Below are positions 12,603 through 24,950 of a stretch of DNA of 63,829 bases, piece by piece. Made by a program: the position numbers and the translations under genes. This DNA comes from Schmidtea polychroa (taxonomy: Eukaryota), in NCBI GenBank assembly GCA_044892525.1, contig CM097885.1:48050172-48114000 (forward strand). Reading direction: 5' to 3'. Below the pieces are notes generated by a model. The model was not told where the DNA came from and did no database searches. It was given only the letters and a program-made list of their open reading frames with translations. The stretch's first letter is position 1. Each line of letters opens with the position of its first letter.

Positions 12603-14071
12603 GTCAAAAACCTAAAATAATTTTTACACACTAGGTTATGGGGTAGAGAATTATTATATGTTTGCAGTATTCTTAGTTGGCGAAGTCCTAAACAAAGAAA
12701 TCTATTGAACCATCTAATAACACAGAATATGATCATCCTTTACATGAAATTATCAATAAGGAGCGATAATTTATATACACATATATACACATACCTTGTT
12801 TAACATAGGTGTATATACTCCTAGTCTATCCGAAAAAATATTCTGTCCCCCTATGGGTATTGCTAGCAAGGGTACTACTTACATTCAACATGTCGTAAGG
12901 GTATATTAATTAGGGTTAGTAAATAAAACTTATTACATGTAAACCATATTTTTAATAATTATTTAAACTATAAAAATCAAGACAAGAGAGGACAAGGCAA
13001 AGTTTATGCAATTATTATTGCCAGGCCTAATGAGCAGTGACCAAATATCTGTGCCTGAAAGACACGGTGGATATTTGTTCGCGTCCACAAGGGTCGTCTG
13101 TGCCTCCCCCAAGTGGGGTCAGAAGAACCTGGGCATTATAGTTCTCCGTACGGAACATTACGCCTAGCATGGGTAGTCAACTACCAGCACATTTGAAACG
13201 TATTAAAAATATATTTCAAAATACATGCGTCATTGGCACTATAACCAAATTAGTTAATGTTTTCACTAACAACAATATATATTTACAGAGGCCTCCCACT
13301 AGTTGGATTACAACCGCCCACCACGACGATCAGCTTGTGAATATATATTAATTAAGGGATAAAGAGGGCCCCCCAACCTTATTATATTTAATTTACAAAA
13401 TGTTTTAAAGGGTTTCTCCGTCAGTTTTCTCACTCTTCTGAATTTTCTCTGGAATTTGTTGGTAATCTAGCATTATTATTATTATTTAAATTATTATTAT
13501 TATAAGTATTATAATTATTATTTTTAAGATTTTATTCTGAGAACAAATTCTAATAATATCAACAAATTTGTATTTATTTTAATTACTATTATCAATTACT
13601 TAGTTGGCGAAGTCCTAAACAAAGAAATCTATTGAACCATCTAATAACACAGAATATGATCATCCTTTAAATTAATTAATAAAATATTTTTATTATGATA
13701 AAGAAATAAACCTAGTTCTTTCCGAATTTCATTTATATATCCACAGGTAATGTCAGTAAGTTGGATTCATCTATAAATTTATATCACATTTATTATTTAA
13801 AGTTAAACTACCCACTGAGAATGACTGAGATAAAGTTTCGCAAACAATAAACTGTAGTTCTCTGGATAGAAAAGAAAGAATTTTCAAAAAATCCACTAAA
13901 ATTTTATCACAAATAGTATTGAATAAATAATTTTGAAATTCTGTTCTAAAATAGAGTTATAAAATTATTTTATATACAAATTAACTTTACTTTGAATTTA
14001 AAAAACTAACTATAAAATTTGCTTTTATATTTAAACAAAGTTTTAAACAAGTTATAATCAAATTATTTTTC
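10631..14071 (+). repeat. Left inverted arm (~3.44 kb)
   Basis: The ORF track gives identical mirrored translations (11619-11819+/19107-19307-, 12136-12360+/18566-18790-, 13169-13351+/17605-17787-). Confidence 0.95.
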
Positions 14072-14532
14072 GTAAAAAATGATTATTTAAAGATGATGAA
14101 CTATAAAATAAATATTATTACTTGAAAATAATTTTACATTTATTGGAAATTTATTTTTTCTTACATAAATTATTACCAAAAATTTAATATCTCTATAAAA
14201 ATATTTAATCATAAGTAAATAACATTAATTAATCTTAATTTTAATTTATATCAATTCATTAAATTTATAAAATTATTATTTATAAAATTACTTTGAATTT
14301 AAAAATCTAACTATAAAATTTATTTTTATATTTAAACAAAGTTTTAAACAAGTTATAATTAAATTATTTTTCGTAAAAATGATTAATTAAAGATGATGAA
14401 CTATAAAATAAATATTATTACTTGAAAATATTTTTATTTGTTATTGGAAATTTAGTTTTCTTACATAAATTATTACCAAAAATTTAATATCTTTATAAAA
14501 ATATTTAAGCATAAGTAAATAACATTAATTAA
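13988..14532. repeat. Tandem direct duplication (~245-bp unit, 301-bp period)
   Basis: 13988-14232 is nearly identical to 14289-14532. Confidence 0.9.
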
Positions 14533-14539
14533 ATTAATC

Positions 14540-14990
14540 TAACAACCAAGTACTTACATCTAGACACTAACAACTAGACACTAACAACTAGTTACCGTTT
14601 ACATAGTACAAGATATCAACAACCTACAACTAGATACCAACAACCTGTACCAACAATGTATTACAAATGGCTACCAAGTACTAACAACTATCTACTACCA
14701 ACCAGATACTAACAACCAAGTACTTACAACTAGACACTAACAACTAGTTACCGTTTACATAGTACAAGATATCAACAACAACAATAACAACAACAACAAG
14801 AACTGGATACATACAACTAGATACCAACAACCTGTTACCAAATACCAACAACCTGTTACCGAATAGGTACTAACAACTATCTACTAAGTACCAACCTAAA
14901 TTCAATCACCCACCAAGTATTTTCAACTACTCACTAACAACTACCAAGTACTAAGCACTTACAACTAGGTGTTAACAAATAGATTTAAAA
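14540..14990. repeat. C/A-rich cryptic minisatellite
   Basis: Repeated ACAACTAG / TACTAACAACT / TACCAACAACC motifs. A ~50-bp block at ~14580 is repeated at ~14730. Confidence 0.85.
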
Positions 14991-15138
14991 GAAACTTGTT
15001 CTTCATTGAAGAAAATGATAATCATTGAATGAAAATAATAATAATAATAAAAATGCAACTGATTGACTGAATTCAAGGTACCAGTACTTGTAAGATTCCA
15101 AATAACTAGGTAAAAATTGATGAAATTATTTTAAAAAT

Positions 15139-16859
15139 AACATGTAAAACATTTAAATTATTCAAAACCTAGTAAATAAATATCATAAAAAGTCAATTAA
15201 TGGACAAGAAAGAACTTGAAATTATAGTCATTGATAATCCAGTAAATATTTATCATTCAAGTTATTAATAAAGTAATTTTAATGATTTCAAATTGATTGA
15301 CTGATTGCTCAAATTATTCAGAAAATTCAGTATAAATTCATTACAAATTATCAAAGTTGTCAATCTAGACTAAAAATATCTAAATAATTATCAATAATTT
15401 CCAAAGGAAACTGATATAAGTCCACTAATGATAACATCTAATAAACCAGTAAATTCATTTATATGACAATATTTAACATTCTTTTTATATCCAAGTGAAT
15501 TCTCCACTAAAATCATCTAAAAAGCTTCAAATTTCCTTAAAATAACTATCCGTCTTTAAAGATTAATATTTTATCGATAAGTATCTGTAAAAGATAATAT
15601 CTAACTAATACGATTTATTAAAATCCATTTAAATGACTATAATTCTAACTCCTTTAACTTTGATTATCTAAAGATTACAAATATTTCACTATAAAACATC
15701 TAAAATCAAGTAAATTAAATTGGTCATTAACCTCAAATAATTTATAAAATCATTTGATAAAACCAGTTATAATTATAAAGAATTAAATTTTTGTTCTATC
15801 ACTCTACTCGAAATTTAAAATAAATATTACTGTACTTTTAACTGAAAATATCACCCTTAGAATATTCCCACATAACTGATCTCTCACCAAATAACTCTAC
15901 CCCATATTTATATCCAACCGAATATATATATCCAAAGATTCATGAAATTCCACCCACTTGAAATCAATTCTTTAAAAACCCTTAGAAAATGTGAAAAATC
16001 TTCAAAAATATGAATTTAGATATATAATAAGAGCATCCCTGATCAAAATTTAATAAAATCAATATTTTCTACAAATCAACAAAATATTTCACCTCATCTA
16101 CCATCAAATACCTAATTAGAGATTATATTTTCTCATTGATTGAAGAAAACTTTGATAAAATTATTCTGAGGAGCTAAGAATCTTCATTGAAATAGAATTA
16201 TTATAGGGAAAATAAATTGATTGATCAAATTATTCATCGATTTCAACCAAATTTTATTATTCTTTGAACTATATGATAAATTATCCAAAAATATATTAAA
16301 AGAATTGGTTATTATTTCAAAGTCAAATACCATTTCATGGTTTGACATGTGACAATTTAGGTAAGAAATAATCCTTTTATTAATAATGTGAACAATCAAC
16401 AGGCGCTATTTACAATATTTATTTTCACACTAATAATCATCGAATGATTTATATTCACCCCACAAATATTTCTTCTGTAAAATTGAACTAAATACTCAAG
16501 TGATGTTTTAAATAAATACTTAATATATCTCCAATCTTATACGTCAACTTTTCATTAAAAACATTTCAATACAACTTGTCAGTGTATTTTCCTTTAGCAA
16601 TTATACCAGTAGACATTAATTCTATCTCAATTAAGATTTCCATCCTTTATGAATAATTATCTTAGCACTGAATTTTCTGAATAATTTGAGCAATCAGTCA
16701 ATCAATTTGAAATCATTAAAATTACTTTATTAATAACTTGAATGATAAATATTTACTGGATTATCAATGACTATAATTTCAAGTTCTTTCTTGTCCATTA
16801 ATTGACTTTTTATGATATTTATTTACTAGGTTTTGAATAATTTAAATGTTTTACATGTT
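15139..16859. repeat. Nested inner inverted repeat (193-bp arms, 15139-15331 and 16667-16859)
   Basis: Direct reverse-complement match read from the sequence. Confidence 0.9.
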
Positions 16860-16884
16860 TTAAATGTTTTTAAATGTTTTACAT

Positions 16885-18353
16885 GAAAAATAATTTGATT
16901 ATAACTTGTTTAAAACTTTGTTTAAATATAAAAGCAAATTTTATAGTTAGTTTTTTAAATTCAAAGTAAAGTTAATTTGTATATAAAATAATTTTATAAC
17001 TCTATTTTAGAACAGAATTTCAAAATTATTTATTCAATACTATTTGTGATAAAATTTTAGTGGATTTTTTGAAAATTCTTTCTTTTCTATCCAGAGAACT
17101 ACAGTTTATTGTTTGCGAAACTTTATCTCAGTCATTCTCAGTGGGTAGTTTAACTTTAAATAATAAATGTGATATAAATTTATAGATGAATCCAACTTAC
17201 TGACATTACCTGTGGATATATAAATGAAATTCGGAAAGAACTAGGTTTATTTCTTTATCATAATAAAAATATTTTATTAATTAATTTAAAGGATGATCAT
17301 ATTCTGTGTTATTAGATGGTTCAATAGATTTCTTTGTTTAGGACTTCGCCAACTAAGTAATTGATAATAGTAATTAAAATAAATACAAATTTGTTGATAT
17401 TATTAGAATTTGTTCTCAGAATAAAATCTTAAAAATAATAATTATAATACTTATAATAATAATAATTTAAATAATAATAATAATGCTAGATTACCAACAA
17501 ATTCCAGAGAAAATTCAGAAGAGTGAGAAAACTGACGGAGAAACCCTTTAAAACATTTTGTAAATTAAATATAATAAGGTTGGGGGGCCCTCTTTATCCC
17601 TTAATTAATATATATTCACAAGCTGATCGTCGTGGTGGGCGGTTGTAATCCAACTAGTGGGAGGCCTCTGTAAATATATATTGTTGTTAGTGAAAACATT
17701 AACTAATTTGGTTATAGTGCCAATGACGCATGTATTTTGAAATATATTTTTAATACGTTTCAAATGTGCTGGTAGTTGACTACCCATGCTAGGCGTAATG
17801 TTCCGTACGGAGAACTATAATGCCCAGGTTCTTCTGACCCCACTTGGGGGAGGCACAGACGACCCTTGTGGACGCGAACAAATATCCACCGTGTCTTTCA
17901 GGCACAGATATTTGGTCACTGCTCATTAGGCCTGGCAATAATAATTGCATAAACTTTGCCTTGTCCTCTCTTGTCTTGATTTTTATAGTTTAAATAATTA
18001 TTAAAAATATGGTTTACATGTAATAAGTTTTATTTACTAACCCTAATTAATATACCCTTACGACATGTTGAATGTAAGTAGTACCCTTGCTAGCAATACC
18101 CATAGGGGGACAGAATACTTTTTCGGATAGACTAGGAGTATATACACCTATGTTAAACAAGGTATGTGTATATATGTGTATATAAATTATCGCTCCTTAT
18201 TGATAATTTCATGTAAAGGATGATCATATTCTGTGTTATTAGATGGTTCAATAGATTTCTTTGTTTAGGACTTCGCCAACTAAGAATACTGCAAACATAT
18301 AATAATTCTCTACCCCATAACCTAGTGTGTAAAAATTATTTTAGGTTTTTGAC

Positions 18354-18388
<35 letters not shown>

Positions 18389-18450
18389 TTGATAATAATA
18401 ATAAAGTTTAATGGGTTGTATATGTGTGTAAAAAATATTTTAGCTTTTTC

Positions 18451-18486
<36 letters not shown>

Positions 18487-20276
18487 TCCCGCGCGTGTTA
18501 ATACTTTGAAAGAAAATATTGAAAATTCCAAAAATAATAATATTTATGCAAAGCATGTGCAATAATTATGTCTTTGTTAAATAAGTAAACTTTAGTGTCA
18601 AAATAAGTTTTTTAAATTTTAAAATACCGTAACGTAATATATTTTTGTCGTACCCCTTCATTGATTTAAGTTGGTCAGAATTTAATAATAATTTTAATTT
18701 TAATAATAAATAATAATAATACTTTGAAATTGTATTTGAAAATAATTTACGACATGTTGAATGTGAGTAGTACCTTTGCCAGCAGTACATTAGTAACCTT
18801 TACCTTTGCGACCATTACCCAATGTGTTAATAAATTTTAGTGTATATTTAAAGTATAATATTTAGAATTTCTTTGTTAAAGTTCTGTCTTGAATAATTTT
18901 TAGCAGTACCTTTGCGACCTTTACCTTTGTGACCATTACCCAATGTGTTAATAAATTTGAGTGTATATTTAAAGTATAATATTTAGAATTTCTTTGTTAA
19001 AGTTTTGTCTTGAATAATTTTAGCAGTACATTTGTGACCTTTACCTTTGTGACCTTTACTTTTGTGACCATTACACATAGGGGGACAGAATATCTTGTCG
19101 GATAGACTAGGAGTATATATAATTATAATACTTTGAAAATAATAATAATAATAATAATAACTTGTTGCATGTGTGGACACTAATAAGATTTTTTTTTATA
19201 CATTGTGTGTAATAATATGTTAAAGTTTTAGCAGTACCTTTGTGACCATTACCCGTAGAGGAACAGAATATCTTGTCTGATAGACTATATAGACAAAGTA
19301 TGTGCAATAATTTTATTTTGTCAACTTAACCGTCAAAATAAGTTTTTAAAATAAATTTACATTTTAAAATACCGCAACGTAATATATTTAAAAAGTATGA
19401 TGAGTAATGTGTGTCTTTGTATGCAATATGTCTTTGTTATATAAAATTGAATATAAAGATGGGGAAAGCTGGTTTGTAAATATGTCAATACAGGTATATA
19501 AAATAGATGAGAAAGATGTCATATCACCGATTTGGAAATTAGATAGTGATCGAATTTCTCTAGGATTTTAATAAATGTTTAGTTTTTAATACATCTTTTA
19601 ATATATCTTTTAATATAATTATTTACTATGAGTTAAGTATAGATGAATAATTTGTATTTTTTAAAAGTTGAAAATATGTGTGTGTATGTAAAAGTTGGCT
19701 GAAAAATACATTGTTAAAGGTGTTATGATTATGAATTTGAAGTAAATAATGATGTCATCTTATAGAGATTAAAATTCTATATATATATTGTTTGAGTGAA
19801 AATATCTCAATTTGTTTAAAAAGATGTGTAAATTTAAAAATGGTATACTAAAAATGAAATTTCAGAACTTTGATTACATCATAGTCTCATTTAACAGAGA
19901 ATTAAATTTCAAGCATAATGACATAAAAAATTCTTATAAAAAATTAAAATCAATGACGTAATCAACGTTTTAAAAATTTTAAAAATTGTTACATAATCGA
20001 CGATTAAAACAAATTAAAATATTATTTAATCAATAATTAAAACAAAAATTTTACGTAATCGATGGTTAAAACAAAAAAATTATTACGTAATCGATGATTA
20101 AAACAAAAATAATAAAATTATTACGTAATCGATAATTAAAACAAAAATTTAAATTAAAAAAAAAATAGGGGGGGGTTTTTTTTAAAATTTAAAAAAAAAG
20201 TAGGGGGGGGGTCTTTTAAAAAATTTTTAAAATTTCTAGAGTGCACATGGATCTAGAGTGCGCATAACTACCTACT
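16885..20276 (-). repeat. Right inverted arm (~3.39 kb)
   Basis: Reverse complement of 10631-14071, apart from microsatellite length, C/G-tract unit number, a short extra block at ~19965-19997 and a few substitutions. Confidence 0.95.
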
Positions 20277-20780
20277 TTTATTGTCACGGAAGATGAACTA
20301 ATAAGTCCATCTGCCTCTGATTCCGATTTTATATTCTGTTCGACAGGCTAAATATTTCTCTATTATTCTTGATTGCACTTCTGATCAGAGTCATAAAGAG
20401 CAGATGTCTATCACAATACGCTTTGTAGATATTAATGAAGATGTTTCTATACGCGAGCATTTCGTTGGTTTTATTGTAGTCGAAGATTCAACAGGCAGGG
20501 TCTTACCAAGGCCTTTCTGGAAGAATTGCAAAAAGGAAATATTTTGTCAATGTAAATGTTTTATGATTTTCCAACTAATTTATATTAACAAGTGCTGATT
20601 GTACTTATTAAAGAAATTATAATAATAAATAACTTAGCTGGGGTATGACATGGGTAATGTTGTGGGCCACTATGCAGTAGTTCATCATTCAATTACAACG
20701 TGTCAGACATGAGGTAGTGTGGGGCTCAGTCTGGTCAGAGGACGCCAAAATGTATGCATTGCCTAGGGCACCATTTCAAA
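20277..20780 (+). pseudogene. hAT (ZMYM1-like) transposase remnant, right part
   Basis: AKYFSIILDCTSDQSHKEQMSITIRFVD...IREHFVGFIVVEDSTG is the first catalytic-D region of Ac-like hAT transposases. The right TIR was not found. Confidence 0.8.
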
Positions 20781-21756
20781 GATGGATAAGTTAAAAATTT
20801 ATTCGTTTGAATGTTTACCTCTGTTGAATCGGAAACTATTATGAAATAATGAATTTCCAATATGAAACATGGTTCAGACATACAATACCATACATTGACA
20901 TCAAATCATTTAAAATAATCTTCAATTAATATATATTACATACAAAATTTTATAGTGTTTGAAGATTTGAATTTTTTAAATCCCCTTGAAAAACATTTTT
21001 GCTATAAACAATTATATAAATTAAGATGTTGTTTTCGTTTTTTGATAATTATTTTCCGATGACTTCAAAATTTAATAATTTATATATAGACGAATTTTCT
21101 TGAGCTTCGTCTGCAGGTGAAATCTAACTCTTGGATCTGTCAAAAAATTACAGACTCTGTTCTCGTTAAATACCAAAACAAACTAAAAATAATTTCATTT
21201 TGATTTTGATTGGTTAAAAATAAAAAAAAAGTTTTCATTTTCACTGATTGTCTAATATTTACAATGCGTTACAAATGTAGTTTTTCTCTGTCTCATTTCT
21301 TTTCGTCGTTTCAGAACGAATAATTGTCATCGTAATTTGCTAAATACAATGCTTTCTACTGTCATTCTGTTACTATGACAACAAAAGTGCTTCAAAATCA
21401 ATATGTAGAATTTACTGAATTTTTTTATTGTTTCTTTATATTTCATATTATTGTTTTTTTCAATTTTCACCTCTGATTTCCTTTCAATTGACATTGTATT
21501 TATTAAAAAGCTTGGCTATGAATCAGTAGAAATATTTTTTTATATTCACGAATTTTCACCACAGTCTTTTTCAAGTGATTTTGATCATGATCTATTAATT
21601 TTGACAATATAGGGAAAAAATTAATATTTATGATTCATAATCAATTTTTTATTAAATACTATTTAATAATTATTAATAATTATTAATGATAATAAATATT
21701 GATCGCAAATTTTATTAATATTTTATTCTTGGTATTTTATTGCTAATTTTTATTCT

Positions 21757-21985
21757 ACTATTGGATATAAAATAATAAAATAGTGTATTTAATTTTCTGA
21801 CACTATATTAATATTGACGAAATCATTTTGATTAATTAACCTAATATTATATACTAAATATTATATAATTTTTATACTACTATTGGATATAAAATAATAA
21901 AATAATGTATTTCATTTTCTGACACTATATTAATATTGACAAAATCATTTTGATTAATTAACCTAATATTATATAATAAATATTA
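21757..21985. repeat. 120-bp-period tandem duplication
   Basis: TACTATTGGATATAAAATAATAAAA...CCTAATATTATA occurs twice. Confidence 0.85.
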
Positions 21986-22683
21986 TTGATAATTGTGTTA
22001 TATAAGATTCAAATTTAAATCAGCATAAGGAAAATATAAATACTTAACTTTGAGACAGTTTTAAATATAAAATACAATTATAAAAATCTAGTAGAAATGT
22101 GAAAAATATATTTAAAATAAAGAAACATTATCGTAAAATACTTGAATTATTATTATATCTAATTTAAGAATTTAAATAAAGTTTTATTTACGAAAATTTC
22201 AATATTATAAATTTCTTATTTATTTGTTTTAATGTTTACTTTGAATGCGAAAAATACCCAAATGCGTAATTATGATATTTTTTGTCCCATCCTATATTAT
22301 TTAATATTTTTTAAATACATCGAATATCAATTTTAATTATTTAACATAAAAAGAAAATACAAATTGTTTAATTATACTTTAGTCCTGTATTGTTTAAGGC
22401 GTCAATATAGTTATATATAATTGTAGCAAACACATATTTTTCTTGTTTAATTGTCACAAACTGTTTTTGATTAGCTTAACAATTTTGCATTTTCTATTAG
22501 TCATTTGTATTAAGTGTACGATGGGCCCCAAATCATGATTTACAAATGCTTTCTAAATATTGGCTATTTTACAGTGAAATAACTTTTTTGAAATAAATTA
22601 TTTAAAATTGCATCAAGATTATTAATTTTAATCTTTATTGTGTGTTTTCTAAGTTTTAGAGCTCTGAAAATTACGATATCTCA

Positions 22684-22684
<1 letters not shown>

Positions 22685-22728
<44 letters not shown>

Positions 22729-22838
22729 TTTTAAGATTGACAAGGACTATCGTATAGTCGAAAATTCTTTCATTAAATACATTATTTGCAGCAAAAGGCT
22801 TAAATTATCATTTTATTGTTTTAAATAATAAATGCTGC
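22685..22838 (+). repeat. (TAA)n plus a single arm of family A
   Basis: Matches 66-172 and runs into an N-run at the same family position (after ...AAATGCTGC). Confidence 0.85.
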
Positions 22839-24163
22839 NNNNNNNNNNNNNNNNNNNNNNNNNNNNNNNNNNNNNNNNNNNNNNNNNNNNNNNNNNNNNN
22901 NNNNNNNNNNNNNNNNNNNNNNNNNNNNNNNNNNNNNNNNNNNNNNNNNNNNNNNNNNNNNNNNNNNNNNNNNNNNNNNNNNNNNNNNNNNNNNNNNNNN
23001 NNNNNNNNNNTCAATAATTTTATGGAATTGTTCGGACAATTTTATCTTGATAATAGATGATGAATTATTTTTCTTGTAAATCAAGATAACAATTCTAAAT
23101 TGATAAGACCAAAGCTATAAAAGGCATTTATTAATTCTAAATTTTTAAGAAATCTCAAAATTTACTTTACAAAACTATTTGCGATTGATTGATAAATTAT
23201 TNNNNNNNNNNNNNNNNNNNNNNNNNNNNNNNNNNNNNNNNNNNNNNNNNNNNNNNNNNNNNNNNNNNNNNNNNNNNNNNNNNNNNNNNNNNNNNNNNNN
23301 NNNNNNNNNNNNNNNNNNNNNNNNNNNNNNNNNNNNNNNNNNTATTATTTCGAAATTTAGCAGTTTTNNNNNNNNNNNNNNNNNNNNNNNNNNNNNNNNN
23401 NNNNNNNNNNNNNNNNNNNNNNNNNNNNNNNNNNNNNNNNNNNNNNNNNNNNNNNNNNNNNNNNNNNNNNNNNNNNNNNNNNNNNNNNNNNNNNNNAGTT
23501 TACTTAAATTAACATTTGCTTTTATCGAAAACATTTTGTCATCTATTAATTAATTGATTATATGAAATTCTCTGAAAATTGAATCTAAATATAATTATCC
23601 TCTAATTCCATTTCAGGCATTCCATTAAATTTTAGATAATATATAAATTCAACTATTAATCAATATATTTTTCTGTGCTTTTCCAAAGTGCTGTTTAATG
23701 TAGATATCCACTGTGGTATGTGAAGTCTACAACTGCAATATTTTCTGTGCCCAATTTGGGAAAAAATAATTTTTGTATAGCCTCTCGTCGGTCTGTACAC
23801 GTGTATGATAAATTGTTGATTTTTGTCGACTTTCGGTGCATGCTTCTGATCAGCTGATCAAATTTGAATGTTGATAAGTATTTCCCCATATTCCAATTGA
23901 TAATTTTACCGCAATTTGAAAATTTTCAATGATAAATAAATTTTTCAACGAAAATATTAAATTTCAAACTCCAAGAAAATTTAAAACCGACTGACAACTT
24001 CTCAAACAGACTTTGTTTATTCTTGAAATACATTTCAACATACAATTTTTATTTGTTGACTTAGCTTCTAAGATATCGTTACTCATCTGTGAAGGGTTTT
24101 TAGATCTGTTTAACACTTTATTTATTAAATTATTTGAATATTTTTTGTATTTCTATTATTTAG

Positions 24164-24262
24164 ATTTGATTCTACGTGATAAATGCTCGGATCAGTGTAA
24201 ATTGTGGCTAAATTCTACTCAGGTATTTTGTTGGGGTCCTTCAGCTAATCAATGTCAACAAC
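24164..24262 (+). CDS. EGFR: EGFR-like receptor exon, start of furin-like domain II
   Basis: tttag|...|gttagt. DLILRDKCSDQCKLWLNSTQVFCWGPSANQCQQ matches the EGFR pattern C...C...CWG....CQ. Confidence 0.85.
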
Positions 24263-24599
24263 GTTAGTTATTTCTATTTAATTTTGTATTATTATATTCT
24301 AATGTTAATAGGTNNNNNNNNNNNNNNNNNNNNNNNNNNNNNNNNNNNNNNNNNNNNNNNNNNNNNNNNNNNNNNNNNNNNNNNNNNNNNNNNNNNNNNN
24401 NNNNNNNNNNNNNNNNNNNNNNNNNNNNNNNNNNNNNNNNNNNNNNNNNNNNNNNNNNNNNNNNNNNNNNNNNNNNNNNNNNNNNNNNNNNNNNNNNNNN
24501 NNNNNNNNNNNNNNNNNNNNNNNNNNNNNNNNNNNNNNNNNNNNNNNNNNNNNNNNNNNNNNNNNNNNNNNNNAAACGAAATATAGTTTAAGGAAATTA

Positions 24600-24950
24600 A
24601 TCTCATCATCATTCTGCCATTATAATTGATGTTAACAATTATACACGGAATGATTATTCCTTAATGAATGAACTAAATAATATCAATAAATTCTTTGCTG
24701 ATTGAATGTTAATTGTTGGGGATTGTGATTTATAAACCAATGCATCACATAACATTCTTTCCCACTTATAATAAACCTAATAGGGTTTGGGATTTATTTC
24801 TAAACATATTTTATGATTTAAAGATTTGTTACTATTTTAAATAAATTGGAATTGACTAATGATTTCAAGATCACAATCTAAATGCCTTTCTTTCATTAAA
24901 TGACAAACGAGTTTATTAAAAATTTTTTCGTCTTTTTAAGTTCAAAGTTT
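24600..24950 (-). mobile_element. Penelope-like element, GIY-YIG C-terminal remnant
   Basis: The minus strand reads ...RL(S)..KERH...NH....WERMLCDALVYKSQSPTINIQSAKNLLILFS, matching the PLE endonuclease tail R.I.EAL.IK...P.LN.Q...L.LF. Confidence 0.6.

Larger units (their letters stand above)
10631..20276. mobile_element. Non-autonomous palindromic Maverick/Polinton derivative (9646 bp)
   Basis: Termini AGTAGGTAG...CTACCTACT with a 6-bp TSD TTTATT (10625-10630 and 20277-20282). Inverted arms span 10631-14071 and 16885-20276. The arm sequence is homologous to the integrase-bearing Maverick at 26412-28713. Confidence 0.85.

Noticed and set aside
13021-13140. Twister ribozyme, SRP helix 8, RNase P or group I intron identity for the GC island
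   Set aside because: Only isolated words match (UAAUGAGC, CAGG..AGCAG, ACAAG). The required spacing and pairing are absent.
11630-14990. CRISPR-like repeat-spacer array
   Set aside because: The repeats are irregular in length and spacing, the context is eukaryotic and there are no cas genes.
15332-16666. Spacer as a NUMT or an ORF in an alternative genetic code
   Set aside because: TAA, TAG and TGA are all frequent, at about the density expected for random AT-rich DNA. No mitochondrial or viral motif was recognised.
23560-23990. Coding-like stretch on the minus strand
   Set aside because: No frame gives a recognisable motif. It is probably a decayed TE.
24600-24900. CR1/L2 APE endonuclease on the plus strand (LIVGDCD)
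   Set aside because: The minus-strand PLE GIY-YIG reading explains more residues and matches 36420-36470.
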